Source: an uncultured Alphaproteobacteria bacterium
GTDB lineage: Bacteria; Pseudomonadota; Alphaproteobacteria; HIMB59; GCA-002718135
Direction: 5' to 3'
Assembly (NCBI GenBank): GCA_902595805.1
Contig: CACJRM010000001.1
Span: forward strand, 99,806 to 163,805
DNA: 64,000 nt
Shown here: piece after piece, positions 30,319-41,291 of the stretch
Position numbering within the stretch: the stretch's first letter is position 1
Layout: every line of letters begins with the position of its first letter
Position numbers and translations under genes: made by a program
Notes under the pieces: model-generated
The model's database searches: none
Told to the model about the DNA's origin: nothing
Seen by the model: only the letters and a program-made list of their open reading frames with translations

Positions 30319-31578
30319 TTAATGTGCTACGGCAGCTGCACCATGTTCATCAACTAATTCACCGCTAGAAAATCTATTTATTGTAAAAGGAGCATTTAAT
30401 TCATGGGCTTGATCATTAGCTATAGTGTGAGCAAATACCCAACCAGAACCTGGTGTTGCTTTGAAACCACCTGTTCCCCAACCACAATTAAAATATAGTC
30501 CGTTTATGTGAGTTTTACTGATAATGGGGCTTGCATCAGGACATATATCTACAATTCCTCCCCAATGACGAAGCATTTTCATTCTAGAAAATATTGGAAA
30601 CAATTCAACGATCGCCATTAAAGTATCTTCAACAATGTTAAAGCCACCTCTTTGAGTATATGATGTATATCCATCTGTTCCAGCACCAATAACTAATTCT
30701 CCTTTATCTGATTGAGATACATACGCATGAATTGTATTGGACATTACTACAGTATCAATAACTGGTTTTACCGGTTCTGAAACTAGAGCTTGCAATGGCT
30801 TACTCTCTAAAGGTAATTTAATTCCAGCCATATTGGCAATAACACTTGTATGACCTGCAGCAGCTATTCCAATTTTATTTGATTCAATAGTTCCTTTTGT
30901 TGTTTCAATACCAGTTACATTTCCATTTTTTACATTAATACCAGTAACTTCACAATTTTGAATTATATCAACCCCCATTTCATCAGCTCCTCTTGCATAA
31001 CCCCATGCAACAGCATCATGTCTTGCAGTTCCTGCTCTTCTTTGTAGTGTTGCTCCTAAAACAGGATATCTAATGTTTGGTGAAGTATTTATTATTGGAC
31101 AAAATTCTTTAACTTTCTTTGTATCAAGCCATTCACAATCAATATCATTCAGTCTGTTTGCATGCCAACGTCTTTTTAATTCTCTTACATCATGAAGATT
31201 ATGAGCAACATTCAAAACTCCTCTTTGAGAAAACATTACGTTGTAATTTAATTCTTGAGACATACCTTCCCAAAGTTTTAATGCATGCTCGTATAAAGCT
31301 GCACTTTGATCCCACAAATAGTTTGATCTAATTATAGTGGTATTTCGCCCTGTATTCCCTCCACCTATCCAACCTTTTTCAATTACTGCAATATTATTAA
31401 TTCCATGGTTTTTTGCTAAATAGTAAGCAGTAGTTAAACCGTGTCCACCACCACCGACTATTATTGCATCATAACTTTTTTTTGGTTCAGGACTATTCCA
31501 AGTCTTTTGCCAATTCTCATGATGATTTAAAGCGTTTCTAGCAATAGAAAGAAATGAGTATTTATTATTATTAAACAT
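30319..31578 (-). CDS. soxB: sarcosine oxidase beta subunit
   Basis: [12 protein letters not shown] fold, full length at 419 aa. Confidence 0.95.
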   Translation of the reverse strand: MFNNNKYSFLSIARNALNHHENWQKTWNSPEPKKSYDAIIVGGGGHGLTTAYYLAKNHGINNIAVIEKGWIGGGNTGRNTTIIRSNYLWDQSAALYEHALKLWEGMSQELNYNVMFSQRGVLNVAHNLHDVRELKRRWHANRLNDIDCEWLDTKKVKEFCPIINTSPNIRYPVLGATLQRRAGTARHDAVAWGYARGADEMGVDIIQNCEVTGINVKNGNVTGIETTKGTIESNKIGIAAAGHTSVIANMAGIKLPLESKPLQALVSEPVKPVIDTVVMSNTIHAYVSQSDKGELVIGAGTDGYTSYTQRGGFNIVEDTLMAIVELFPIFSRMKMLRHWGGIVDICPDASPIISKTHINGLYFNCGWGTGGFKATPGSGWVFAHTIANDQAHELNAPFTINRFSSGELVDEHGAAAVAH

Positions 31579-31598
31579 TATAACTCTTTATAGCAGTT

Positions 31599-33272
31599 TT
31601 AAAAAAGACCTTCAATTTCTCCGTGGTCATTGAGCTTTATCGAATTTGCCGCAGGAACACTTGGTAGGCCCGGCATGGTCATAATATCACCGCAAACAAC
31701 TACTATAAATTCTGCTCCTGATGACAATCTTACCTCTCTAATAGGTAAAACGTGGCCAGTAGGGGCACCTTTTAAATTAGGGTCAGTTGAAAAACTATAT
31801 TGAGTCTTTGCAATGCAAACAGGTAATTTGCCAAATCCTTTAGTTTCAAAATCCTTCAATTGTTGACGTACTTTCGTGTCTGCCACAACTTCACTTGCGT
31901 GATAAATCTCTTGTGCAATTTTTTCTATTTTTTTGAATAGAGTTAAATTATCTTCATATAAAAATTTAAATGTATTCTTATTATCTTCACAAATATCTAT
32001 TACATTTTGAGCTAATTCAGTTGCACCATCACCACCATCGGACCAGTGAGTACACATGGAAGCCTTGACTCCTTGAGTTGTACAAAAACTTAGAACGGCA
32101 TCAACTTCAGCTTTAGAATCAGTGACAAAATGATTAATAGCAACAGTTACTGGTAATCCAAATTTCCTAACATTATTAATATGTCTCTCTAGATTTACTA
32201 AACCTTTTTTAAGAGCATTTACATTTTCATTTTTTAAATCTTCTTTTGAAACATCGCCATGCATTTTTAATGCTCTTATTGTAGCTACCAAAACCACACA
32301 ATCAGGTTTTAAATTTGATTTTCTACATTTTATATCAAGGAATTTTTCTGCTCCTAGATCAGCTCCAAAGCCTGCTTCAGTTACAACGTAATCACTTAAT
32401 TTTAAACTAGCTTTAGTTGCAATTACAGAATTGCAACCATGAGCAATATTTGCAAATGGCCCACCATGAATTATAGCAGGATTATTTTCTAACGTTTGTG
32501 TTATGTTGGGCCTAATGGCATCTTTTAATAATACTGTCATTGGACCCTCTGCCTTTAAATCTTTTGCATAAATAGCTTTTTTGTCTCGTGTATAAGCAAT
32601 AGTTATATTTCCAATTCTCTCTTCAAGATCTTTTAAATCTTTTGCTAAGCAGAAAATTGCCATTATCTCCGATGCAACAGTAATATCAAAACCATCTTGT
32701 CTAGGATATCCATTCGCAACTCCTCCTAAATCAACAACAATAGATCTAAGTGATCTATCATTCATATCCATTACTCTCTTCCAAACAACCCTTCTAACAT
32801 CAATATTTAATTTATTACCCCAGTAGATATGATTATCAATTAATGCAGAAAGTAAATTATGAGCGGATGTAATTGCATGAAAATCTCCAGTAAAATGCAA
32901 ATTAATTTGCTCCATTGGTACTACTTGAGCATAGCCTCCACCAGCTGCACCACCTTTCATACCGAATGATGGTCCAAGACTCGGCTCTCTTAAACAAACT
33001 ATTGATTTCTTTCCTAGTTTATTAAGACCATCACTTAATCCAACAGAAGTTGTTGTTTTACCTTCTCCTGCTGGTGTTGGAGTTATTGCTGAGACTAGAA
33101 CAAGTTTACCATCTTTATTTTTATTAAGTGAATCTATGTACTCCAAGTTTATTTTTGCAATATGACGACCCATAGGACTGAAGGCTTCAGGTGTGTCTGG
33201 TACATCAAGCTCTTTTAGAATTTCACTAATAGGCTTCATTTTAGCTTTTCTTGCTATTTCAATATCTGACAT
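31599..33272 (-). CDS. fhs: formate--tetrahydrofolate ligase
   Basis: [12 protein letters not shown]-loop, full length at 557 aa. Confidence 0.97.
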   Translation of the reverse strand: MSDIEIARKAKMKPISEILKELDVPDTPEAFSPMGRHIAKINLEYIDSLNKNKDGKLVLVSAITPTPAGEGKTTTSVGLSDGLNKLGKKSIVCLREPSLGPSFGMKGGAAGGGYAQVVPMEQINLHFTGDFHAITSAHNLLSALIDNHIYWGNKLNIDVRRVVWKRVMDMNDRSLRSIVVDLGGVANGYPRQDGFDITVASEIMAIFCLAKDLKDLEERIGNITIAYTRDKKAIYAKDLKAEGPMTVLLKDAIRPNITQTLENNPAIIHGGPFANIAHGCNSVIATKASLKLSDYVVTEAGFGADLGAEKFLDIKCRKSNLKPDCVVLVATIRALKMHGDVSKEDLKNENVNALKKGLVNLERHINNVRKFGLPVTVAINHFVTDSKAEVDAVLSFCTTQGVKASMCTHWSDGGDGATELAQNVIDICEDNKNTFKFLYEDNLTLFKKIEKIAQEIYHASEVVADTKVRQQLKDFETKGFGKLPVCIAKTQYSFSTDPNLKGAPTGHVLPIREVRLSSGAEFIVVVCGDIMTMPGLPSVPAANSIKLNDHGEIEGLF

Positions 33273-33365
33273 GAGTCTCCTTAATTATTAGATTCTTAAT
33301 CTATAAATTAACTTAAATATCAAACAACTTTTGTTTCATTAAAAGATAAAAAAATTGTGAAGAAG

Positions 33366-34259
33366 CTAATTTAACTCGAATTTCTGTTTATTATTATAAG
33401 AAAAATCTGAGTTATTAAATTGATTTAACCACTCTGATGTTTTTTTCATACCACCAAACGCATAGAAGTGTATTTTTTCAAGTTTAGAGTCTTTGTTTAT
33501 TTTGCTATGTTCAGCAAGATCATAAATTAATTTGTCAGGAGTGCTCAATGTTGCAAGTTTAGTTAAGTTAAAAGCCTGTTTTGTAATAAATCTTAAAGAA
33601 TTTCCAATACCGCAAGACCTTGCATAATTTACTAATGTTTTAATAGAGGCAGGACCTGGTATCCCAGCGTGGATTGGTAATTTATTTCCAATTTTTACTA
33701 AGTGTTTTTCCCAGTCGATTAAAGATTTAGCTTCAAAAAAAAATTGTGTTGCTAAATACATTTTAAAATCAACATTTTTTGCAAAATCATTCTTCTGTTT
33801 AATTGCTAAATCTAAATTTTCATTTGAAATATCTGGGCTTCCTTCGGGATGTCCAGCCACACCCACAAATTGATAATTATATTTTGAAAGAAAATCTGTT
33901 TTTAAAACATCAATTGAGGAAGAGATTTCGCCAGCTTGATTTCCACCACCACCAATAATTAAAATTTTTGAACACCCAGATTCATTTGCAAGTTCACCAA
34001 TATATTTTTCTAAGTCATTTTTATTTACAATAGTTCTTGCAGGCAAATGAGGTATAACATCATAACCTTCTAATTTTAATTTTTTTGCCGTTCTAATAAC
34101 ATTTTTTGAATTTTCATCTGGTAAATAAGTTATATAAACGTCATGATTTTTATTAAGAAATTCAGAAAAGCCTCCATATTTTTCGTAAACATTTGGAGTT
34201 GTTTCTATAGAATAACTATTGAGAAAATTTTTAACAATATTAATGGTTTCTTTAGACAT
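33366..34259 (-). CDS. metF: methylenetetrahydrofolate reductase family protein
   Basis: TIM-barrel MTHFR pattern (YITYLPDE.., GHPEGSP, FFFEA). Confidence 0.8.
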   Translation of the reverse strand: MSKETINIVKNFLNSYSIETTPNVYEKYGGFSEFLNKNHDVYITYLPDENSKNVIRTAKKLKLEGYDVIPHLPARTIVNKNDLEKYIGELANESGCSKILIIGGGGNQAGEISSSIDVLKTDFLSKYNYQFVGVAGHPEGSPDISNENLDLAIKQKNDFAKNVDFKMYLATQFFFEAKSLIDWEKHLVKIGNKLPIHAGIPGPASIKTLVNYARSCGIGNSLRFITKQAFNLTKLATLSTPDKLIYDLAEHSKINKDSKLEKIHFYAFGGMKKTSEWLNQFNNSDFSYNNKQKFELN

Positions 34260-34292
34260 AAATTTTTAAAGTTTTTTATATTAATTAGATAA

Positions 34293-35228
34293 ATGAACAA
34301 CAAGTACTTTACTATAATTACTTTTTATCAATTCAAAATGATTAAAGATAAAAATGGTATCATTACTAAACTTAAAGATTTTTGCAAATTTAATAAAATA
34401 AAAGGTACAATATTGATTGCTGATGAAGGTATTAATGGAACAATAGCTGGCTTAGAAAAAAACATAAATTCTTTCTTTTTATATCTTAAAAATTTTAGTT
34501 TTGAGAAACTTAATCTTAAACGATCAAAATATAAATATATGCCTTTTCAAAAACTAAAAATTAGAAATAAAAATGAAATAGTCACACTCAGAACCAAATT
34601 CGCTGATCCTACAAAAATATCTGGAAAAAAAGTTAAATACAATGAATGGAATCAATTAATTAAAGACAAAGACACTATTGTGATTGATGTAAGAAATGAA
34701 TTTGAGGTTAAAATAGGATCTTTTGAAGGGGCAATTAATCCAAGAACTAAAAGTTTCACTGACTTTAAATCTTTTGTTCAAAAAAAACTAAATAAGTCAA
34801 AAGACAAAAAAATTGCAATGTTTTGTACTGGAGGTATCAGGTGTGAGAAGGCTTCATCATATATGATGATGAAGGGTTTTAAAAATGTTGCTCAGTTAGA
34901 CGGAGGTATACTAAATTATTTAGAAAAAACTCCAAAAAAAGATTCAATGTGGAATGGTGAATGTTTCGTATTTGATGGAAGAGTATCTTTGAAAAATGAA
35001 TTAAAAGATGGAACTTACAAACTTTGTCATGCTTGTCGTTTACCCATTAGTATTAAAGATACTTATAATAAATATTATAAACCAGGCGTATCTTGTCATA
35101 ATTGTTTTGATAAAACATCTGAAGAAAAGAAAAAAAAATTACTTGAAAGAAATAAACAAATTAAACTTGATAAAAAAAGAGGAAATTTTAACCGTTTTAT
35201 TAAGCAGTCAATTTCTGATTATGAATAA
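34293..35228 (+). CDS. trhO: rhodanese-domain protein UPF0176 / tRNA uridine(34) hydroxylase TrhO
   Basis: Rhodanese active-site loop CTGGIRCEK and a C-terminal Cys cluster. Confidence 0.85.
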   Translation: MNNKYFTIITFYQFKMIKDKNGIITKLKDFCKFNKIKGTILIADEGINGTIAGLEKNINSFFLYLKNFSFEKLNLKRSKYKYMPFQKLKIRNKNEIVTLRTKFADPTKISGKKVKYNEWNQLIKDKDTIVIDVRNEFEVKIGSFEGAINPRTKSFTDFKSFVQKKLNKSKDKKIAMFCTGGIRCEKASSYMMMKGFKNVAQLDGGILNYLEKTPKKDSMWNGECFVFDGRVSLKNELKDGTYKLCHACRLPISIKDTYNKYYKPGVSCHNCFDKTSEEKKKKLLERNKQIKLDKKRGNFNRFIKQSISDYE

Positions 35229-35269
35229 ATAATACTTTATTTCATATAATTATTCTGTATAGACACCTC

Positions 35270-35464
35270 ATGGCAAAAAAAACCTCATTCGCTCTTAAAC
35301 AGCTAGTACCTGAAGAAAATCCAAAAACAGGAACTAAGTATATTGTAAGAAAACCGACAAAAGGATTGAAAGTTGCTGAAAAGCTTCGAATGAAAAAATA
35401 TGATCCTGTGTTAAAAAAACACGTTTGGTTCGTAGAGAAAAAAATGCCTCCTCATAGTAAATAA
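35270..35464 (+). CDS. rpmG: 50S ribosomal protein L33
   Basis: KLRMKKYDPVLKKHVWFVEKK matches the L33 C-terminal signature. Confidence 0.9.
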   Translation: MAKKTSFALKQLVPEENPKTGTKYIVRKPTKGLKVAEKLRMKKYDPVLKKHVWFVEKKMPPHSK

Positions 35465-35510
35465 TAGATTTACCTCTTTAATTTATTCTAAATTAACATA
35501 ATTTAAACTC

Positions 35511-36932
35511 ATGGTAGCCATTTATGGAATTCATTGGTTTAGACAAGATTTGCGATTACAAGAAAATCCATCTTTATTGTCACTTTCAAAAAAAGTTGAT
35601 CAGATAATTCCTATCTATATTTTAGATTTAAATCAAAGAATTGGATCTACATCAAAATGGTGGTTAGAAAAATCCTTAATTAGTTTATATGATTCAATAC
35701 AAAAACATAATGGCAAACTAAATATATTTGCTGGTGATCCAGAGAAAATTATATCTTCAATACTAAAGAATTCAAAAGTCAAATATGTATCCTGGAATAG
35801 ACTATATGATCCATATTCAATTAAAAGAGATACTAAAATTAAATCTATAGTTACCTCATCTAAAATAGAATGCGACTCGCACAATGGATATCTTTTAAAT
35901 GAACCTTGGAATATTAAAAATAAAAGTGGAACCTTTTTTAAAGTATTTACCCCTTACTGGCGACATTGTGATGAACTACTAAAACAAAAAGATCTTAAAT
36001 TTAAAAATACAAAAATAATCTACGCCAATTCAAAACTTAAAAATGAAATAACTATACAAGATTTAAACCTAACAAACAAAAAAGAGAAATGGATCAAAAA
36101 AATTTCAAAATATTGGATACCTGGTGAAAGTAATGCAAAATTACAATTAAAAAAATATATTTCCCAAAAAGCAAATAACTATTCAGTTGGAAGAGATAGA
36201 CCCGATAAAGATTTAACTTCAAAATTATCACCTCATCTTCATTTTGGAGAAATATCCGCTTTGGAAGTTTATGATACCGTAAATATTGAAAAAAAAATTG
36301 ATCCTGAAAATAAAAAAAAATTTCTTGCTGAACTTGGCTGGAGAGATTTTTCTTATAATCTTTTATTTCATTATCCAGATATGACTCATAAACCTATACA
36401 AAGTAAATTTAATAAATTTCCATGGATTAAAAATGCTAAAAATTTATCATTATGGCATAATGGTAAAACTGGTATTCCAATTGTTGATGCTGGAATGAGA
36501 CAACTATATAAAACAGGCTGGATGCATAATAGAGTAAGAATGATTGTAGGCTCGTTTCTAACAAAAAATTTATTGTTACACTGGAAAAATGGAGAGGAGT
36601 GGTTTTTTGATACTTTAGTTGATGCTGACGTTGGGTCTAATTCTGCAGGTTGGCAATGGATATCTGGTTGTGGTGCAGATGCAAGTCCATATTTTAGAAT
36701 TTTTAATCCAATATTACAGGGTCAAAAATATGATCCAGATGGTGATTATGTAAAAGAATTTGTTCCTGAGTTGAATAATATTCCAAAAAAATATATTCAT
36801 AATCCTTGGGAGATGTCTATGGAGGATCAAAAGAAATATAATTTTGAGATTGGTACTTCATATCCAGCACCAATTGTAGATTTAAAAGAAACAAGAAATA
36901 GAGCACTATCAGCGTTTAAAACTATTAGTTGA
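35511..36932 (+). CDS. phrB: deoxyribodipyrimidine photolyase
   Basis: WFRQDLRL N-terminus and the FAD-binding C-terminal blocks TGWMHNRVRM and WQWISGCGADASPYFRIFNP. Confidence 0.9.
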   Translation: MVAIYGIHWFRQDLRLQENPSLLSLSKKVDQIIPIYILDLNQRIGSTSKWWLEKSLISLYDSIQKHNGKLNIFAGDPEKIISSILKNSKVKYVSWNRLYDPYSIKRDTKIKSIVTSSKIECDSHNGYLLNEPWNIKNKSGTFFKVFTPYWRHCDELLKQKDLKFKNTKIIYANSKLKNEITIQDLNLTNKKEKWIKKISKYWIPGESNAKLQLKKYISQKANNYSVGRDRPDKDLTSKLSPHLHFGEISALEVYDTVNIEKKIDPENKKKFLAELGWRDFSYNLLFHYPDMTHKPIQSKFNKFPWIKNAKNLSLWHNGKTGIPIVDAGMRQLYKTGWMHNRVRMIVGSFLTKNLLLHWKNGEEWFFDTLVDADVGSNSAGWQWISGCGADASPYFRIFNPILQGQKYDPDGDYVKEFVPELNNIPKKYIHNPWEMSMEDQKKYNFEIGTSYPAPIVDLKETRNRALSAFKTIS

Positions 36933-36933
36933 T

Positions 36934-38229
36934 GTGAGAGAAAAAATAGCAATTATTGGTTCTGGTATTTCAGGAATAAGTGCAGCTTACCTTTTGTCTT
37001 CTAAATATGATGTTTATTTATTTGAAAAAAATAATAGATTGGGCGGACATACAAGAACTATCTATGTTGAAGAATCAACAAAGACAATCCCAGTCGATAC
37101 AGGGTTTATTGTATTCAATGAAAATAATTATCCAGATTTAACAAATTTTTTTAAATTACTTGATGTGAAATGCAAAAATTCAGATATGACTTTTGCCGTC
37201 TCAAATCAAGATCCTAAAATTGAATATAGCGGCAAAAATATCTTTTCTCTTTTTGCTAATTTTAGAAATGTATTTTCTTTTAATTTTTTTAAAATGTTAT
37301 TTGAAATAAGAAAACTTTATTTATTATGTAATAGCTTGAATGTTAATAATTTAGAGGAAACAAAAACCTTAAATGATTTTTTAAAAACTAATAATTTTTC
37401 AACATACCTAATAAATTATCATATTTTACCTATGATATCATCTATATGGTCAAGCAATATAAGTGATGTAAAAAATTTTCCTCTCATAACATTCATTAAT
37501 TTTTTTAAAAATCATGCTTTATTTAATTTAAAAAAAAGACCTCAATGGAAATACGTAGAAGGTGGAAGTAACGAATATATAAAAAAAATTATTAATAAAA
37601 ATGTTTTTGAGTATGAAACAAATTTCAAAATTAAAAAAATTATTAGAGAAAATAGTAAAATTAAAATAGAAGATGAGAAAAATAATATACTAGAATTTCA
37701 TAAGGTAATATTCGCAACCCATGCAAATCAAGTATTGGATATTTTGGAAAAACCAACAGAAGAAGAAGTAAAAATATTTTCACAATTCAAATATTCAACT
37801 AACTCAGCAATACTTCACTCTGATCACTCTTTAATGCCTAAATCAAAAATTGCTTGGTCTAGTTGGAATTTTTTAAATAAGCCATCATCTTCTAAATTTA
37901 CTTTAACTTATTGGATGAATTTCTTGCAAAAATTGCCAACTAAACAAAATTATTTTGTAACTGTTAATCCATATAAAAAGCCTAAAAATATAATTAACGA
38001 AACAACATTTAATCATCCAATATATACTACTGATACTATTTTAGCTCAAAAAAATGTAATGGAAATTCAAGGAAAGAATAATACATTTTTCTGTGGAGCT
38101 TACCTTGGATATGGTTTTCATGAAGATGGAATTCAATCATCTTCTTATATTTGTAAATTATTAAATTGTGATTTACCTTGGAAGAGAGATAAAAATTTTT
38201 ATAATAGATTGCAAATTAATTTTAAATGA
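36934..38229 (+). CDS. FAD/NAD-binding amine-oxidase-like oxidoreductase (COG2907 type)
   Basis: IAIIGSGISGISAAYLL dinucleotide fold. GTG start 1 nt after the phr stop. Confidence 0.8.
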   Translation: MREKIAIIGSGISGISAAYLLSSKYDVYLFEKNNRLGGHTRTIYVEESTKTIPVDTGFIVFNENNYPDLTNFFKLLDVKCKNSDMTFAVSNQDPKIEYSGKNIFSLFANFRNVFSFNFFKMLFEIRKLYLLCNSLNVNNLEETKTLNDFLKTNNFSTYLINYHILPMISSIWSSNISDVKNFPLITFINFFKNHALFNLKKRPQWKYVEGGSNEYIKKIINKNVFEYETNFKIKKIIRENSKIKIEDEKNNILEFHKVIFATHANQVLDILEKPTEEEVKIFSQFKYSTNSAILHSDHSLMPKSKIAWSSWNFLNKPSSSKFTLTYWMNFLQKLPTKQNYFVTVNPYKKPKNIINETTFNHPIYTTDTILAQKNVMEIQGKNNTFFCGAYLGYGFHEDGIQSSSYICKLLNCDLPWKRDKNFYNRLQINFK

Positions 38230-38999
38230 TTTCTCAAATACTATTATCTAGCATTATACATAAAAGATTTATTCCGTTTAAACACACATTGAAATATGAG
38301 GTACCAAGTCTTTTTATTAATTTGGATAATCTTGATCAATTAAATAAAAACTATAAACTTTTTTCATTAAACTCTTTTAATCTTTTTTCTATTTATGAAA
38401 ATGATCATGGATATAGAGATAAAAGGTCAATAAAGACATTCGTTAAAGATTCCCTCTCTAAATTTAATATTAAATATAAACATCTTAATATAATGATATT
38501 ATGTTTTCCAAGAATTTTGGGATATGTATTTGACCCCTTATCAATTATATATTGTTATGATGATAAAAAATTAATATCTATTTTCTATGAAGTCAAAAAT
38601 ACGACTAATGAACAACATACCTATATTTTTAAAGGAAATGTAAATTTTGAAGATTTTAAATTATCTCATGAATGTGCAAAGCAGTTTTATGTATCCCCAT
38701 TTATAGAAATGGAGGCAAATTATAAATTTTTTAATCGAATGCAAAAAGATAAAATAAATATTAATATTGATCTTTATGATAAAAATAATAAAAAAGTTCT
38801 AACAGCTACCCAGCATGGCAAATTTATAGATTTTAACTCAAAAAATATGTTTAAATTTTTATATTATAATCCACTTTTTGGTTTTAAGGTAATGGCTGGA
38901 ATTCTTTATGAGGCTTTAAAAATAATTTACAAAGGTGGTAAATATTATGCACGAAAAAAGAAGCCAAATGATACAGTGAGTTTTGAAGGTAATTTTTAA
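38226..38999 (+). CDS. DUF1365 family protein
   Basis: HKRF.PFKH..Y N-terminus and PRILGYVF.PLS block. ATGA overlap with the upstream gene. Confidence 0.75.
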   Translation: MISQILLSSIIHKRFIPFKHTLKYEVPSLFINLDNLDQLNKNYKLFSLNSFNLFSIYENDHGYRDKRSIKTFVKDSLSKFNIKYKHLNIMILCFPRILGYVFDPLSIIYCYDDKKLISIFYEVKNTTNEQHTYIFKGNVNFEDFKLSHECAKQFYVSPFIEMEANYKFFNRMQKDKININIDLYDKNNKKVLTATQHGKFIDFNSKNMFKFLYYNPLFGFKVMAGILYEALKIIYKGGKYYARKKKPNDTVSFEGNF

Positions 39000-40193
39000 A
39001 TGAATTTTTTTAAAACAAATTTTGATAAAACTGTCGAAAAGTTATTAGTAAACTTTTTATCTAAAATTCGATATGGAAAATTAACAGTTCAATTTCCTAC
39101 TGGCGAGGAGAGAGTTTTTGTTGGAAAAGAAGAGGATATATCTGCAAGTATTAAAATTCATAATTATAATTTTTTAAATTTAATTTTTAAAAAAGGTTCT
39201 GTAGGCTTTGCAGAAGCCTATATGAATGGTTACTTTTCAAGCACCGATTTAACTAATTTATTACTACTTTCTCATAAAAATGAAAGTTATTTTTTACAAA
39301 GTATAAATACTAATCTTTTTTTTGCTACTTTTGCTAAATTAAAACATTTTTTAAATAACAATTCAAAATCACAGAGTAAAAAAAACATAAAATATCATTA
39401 TGATTTAGGAAATAATTTTTACGAAAAGTGGTTAGATAAAACCATGACCTATTCTTCTGCTCTTTTTGATAATAAGAATACCAATTTATCGGATGCACAA
39501 TTTAACAAATATAGAAAGATTGCTGAAACTTTATCATTAGACTCAAATTCTAAAACTTTAGAAATTGGATGTGGATGGGGTGGGTTTTCATCATTTGTAG
39601 CAAAAAATTATAATTGTTCAGTTGATGCTATAACTATTTCTAAGGAACAATACGAATATGCTTCTGAAAAAATTCAAAATGAAGGTTTGTCTGAAAAAGT
39701 ATCAGTTATGTTCAGAGATTATAGGGATATCAAAAAAAAATATTCAAATATTGTTTCAATTGAAATGTTTGAAGCAGTTGGGAAGAAATACTGGCATAAT
39801 TACTTCGATAAAATTAGAAATTCTCTCAACGATGGCGGTATGGCTGCACTACAAGTCATAACAATTGATGAACAAAAGGCTAAAGATTATCAAAACAGAC
39901 CAGATTTTATTCAACAATATATTTTCCCTGGCGGTATGCTTCCAACCAAAAAACAATTTGAATATTCAGCAAAACACGTTGGATTAAAATGTATTGAAAA
40001 TCTAAGTTTCGGTAGTTCTTATGCAAAAACACTTAAAATGTGGAATAAACAATTTCAAAAATCTTGGACTGATTTATCAAAGTTTGGTTTCGATATTAAA
40101 TTTAAAAGAATGTGGGAATTTTATTTCTCATATTGTGAAACAGGTTTCTCAAATAGTTCTACTGACGTTTCTCATTTTTTAATTCAAAAATAG
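39000..40193 (+). CDS. cfa: cyclopropane-fatty-acyl-phospholipid synthase family SAM methyltransferase
   Basis: HYDLGNNFY and the SAM motif LEIGCGWGG, with SIEMFEAVG. Confidence 0.9.
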   Translation: MNFFKTNFDKTVEKLLVNFLSKIRYGKLTVQFPTGEERVFVGKEEDISASIKIHNYNFLNLIFKKGSVGFAEAYMNGYFSSTDLTNLLLLSHKNESYFLQSINTNLFFATFAKLKHFLNNNSKSQSKKNIKYHYDLGNNFYEKWLDKTMTYSSALFDNKNTNLSDAQFNKYRKIAETLSLDSNSKTLEIGCGWGGFSSFVAKNYNCSVDAITISKEQYEYASEKIQNEGLSEKVSVMFRDYRDIKKKYSNIVSIEMFEAVGKKYWHNYFDKIRNSLNDGGMAALQVITIDEQKAKDYQNRPDFIQQYIFPGGMLPTKKQFEYSAKHVGLKCIENLSFGSSYAKTLKMWNKQFQKSWTDLSKFGFDIKFKRMWEFYFSYCETGFSNSSTDVSHFLIQK

Positions 40194-40195
40194 AA

Positions 40196-40708
40196 ATGCA
40201 AAAACTAAAAGTATTTTTAGTCTTAACTGGCTATCAACTAACTTGGTTAGCTTGTGTATTTGGTGAAACAAAATTTTCTAATACTATGTTGGGCATCTGG
40301 GTTGGAATTATTTTCTTACTAACTTATTTTTATTTTAATCATAATAAACAAAAATTTATTAAGATTTCACTTTTGATTTCAGTTCCAGGATATTTTTTTG
40401 ACACTTTATTAGTTTATTTCCAAATTTACGATTTTGAAACTATTGCTAAACTTGGCACTCTGCCATTATGGATGATTGTTTTATGGTTTAGTTTTAGTAC
40501 TCTTTTTGATGAAATTCTTACTTTTTTTAAAAGCTATAAAATTTTAGGAATTATTTTAAGTGGAGTTTTAGGACCTTTAACCTATTATCTTGGTGAGCCT
40601 ATTGGAGTTATAAAAATATATAACTTTCAAATTTTTATTATTTCAATGGTATTATTTTGGATGATCTTGATGTTCTATTATCTAAATTACGTTATAAAAA
40701 ATGATTAA
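40196..40708 (+). CDS. DUF2878-like small polytopic membrane protein
   Basis: Four or five TM segments. Its position after cfa is the usual one for this family. The family call is from memory. Confidence 0.6.
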   Translation: MQKLKVFLVLTGYQLTWLACVFGETKFSNTMLGIWVGIIFLLTYFYFNHNKQKFIKISLLISVPGYFFDTLLVYFQIYDFETIAKLGTLPLWMIVLWFSFSTLFDEILTFFKSYKILGIILSGVLGPLTYYLGEPIGVIKIYNFQIFIISMVLFWMILMFYYLNYVIKND

Positions 40709-41247
40709 TTTTCTTGATCTACTTTTTTTGTTCTAGTTCTATTTAAAGTTCTTTCGAGATCCTTATAAGTACATAAACCAACATCCATTGGACTCTTTGC
40801 CTCAAGAACTGCTTCTCTGTATGTACCATTTCTTATCGCCTCTACTGTATTTTTTGTTGAGCCGGTAAGTTTTGCAATTTGAGAACTACTTAATTCAGTC
40901 GGATATCTTTTTATAAGCCACAAAATAGCATACGGCTTTTCTTGTCTTAAAGAAAGAGGTGTATATTTAGAATCTTTTTTTCTTGGTGGCAAATCTTCAA
41001 TTACATCAGACTTAATAAGACTTAAACGAGCTGCATTATCTTTTTCACATCTTTCAATTTCTTCTTTTGTTAATTGATTATTATCTATTGGATCATAACC
41101 TCTCATACCGACAGCAACTTCCCCATCAGCTATTCCTTGAACTTCTAATTCATGTAATCCACAAAATTCAGCTATTTGATCAAACGTTAAAGCTGTATTT
41201 TCAACTAACCATATTGCAGTTGCTTTAGGCATTAAAGGATATTTCAT
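40705..41247 (-). CDS. DUF1013 family protein (alphaproteobacterial TrcR-like regulator family)
   Basis: PLMPKATAIWLVENTALTFDQIAEFCGLHELEVQGIADGEVA matches the DUF1013 N-terminus. I prefer ATG 41247 to the TTG at 41271. Confidence 0.8.
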   Translation of the reverse strand: MKYPLMPKATAIWLVENTALTFDQIAEFCGLHELEVQGIADGEVAVGMRGYDPIDNNQLTKEEIERCEKDNAARLSLIKSDVIEDLPPRKKDSKYTPLSLRQEKPYAILWLIKRYPTELSSSQIAKLTGSTKNTVEAIRNGTYREAVLEAKSPMDVGLCTYKDLERTLNRTRTKKVDQEN

Positions 41248-41291
41248 AATTGGCTCATATAATATAATCAAAAAATAATATATAACAAAAT

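Noticed and set aside
27362-31331. Plus-strand ORFs inside soxA, soxD and soxB (27362..27601, 28962..29207, 31119..31331) and the alternative-frame ORF 30108..30290
   Set aside because: These are short, low-complexity translations opposite or out of frame to strongly supported sox genes.
33273-33365. Possible ZTP, THF or glycine riboswitch upstream of the fhs-sox operon, and likewise at 16371-16512 upstream of the GcvT-like gene
   Set aside because: The spacers are short and almost purely A/T. None of the GC-rich conserved cores of these riboswitch classes is present. Only a small TAGATT-CTT-AATCTA inverted repeat is visible.
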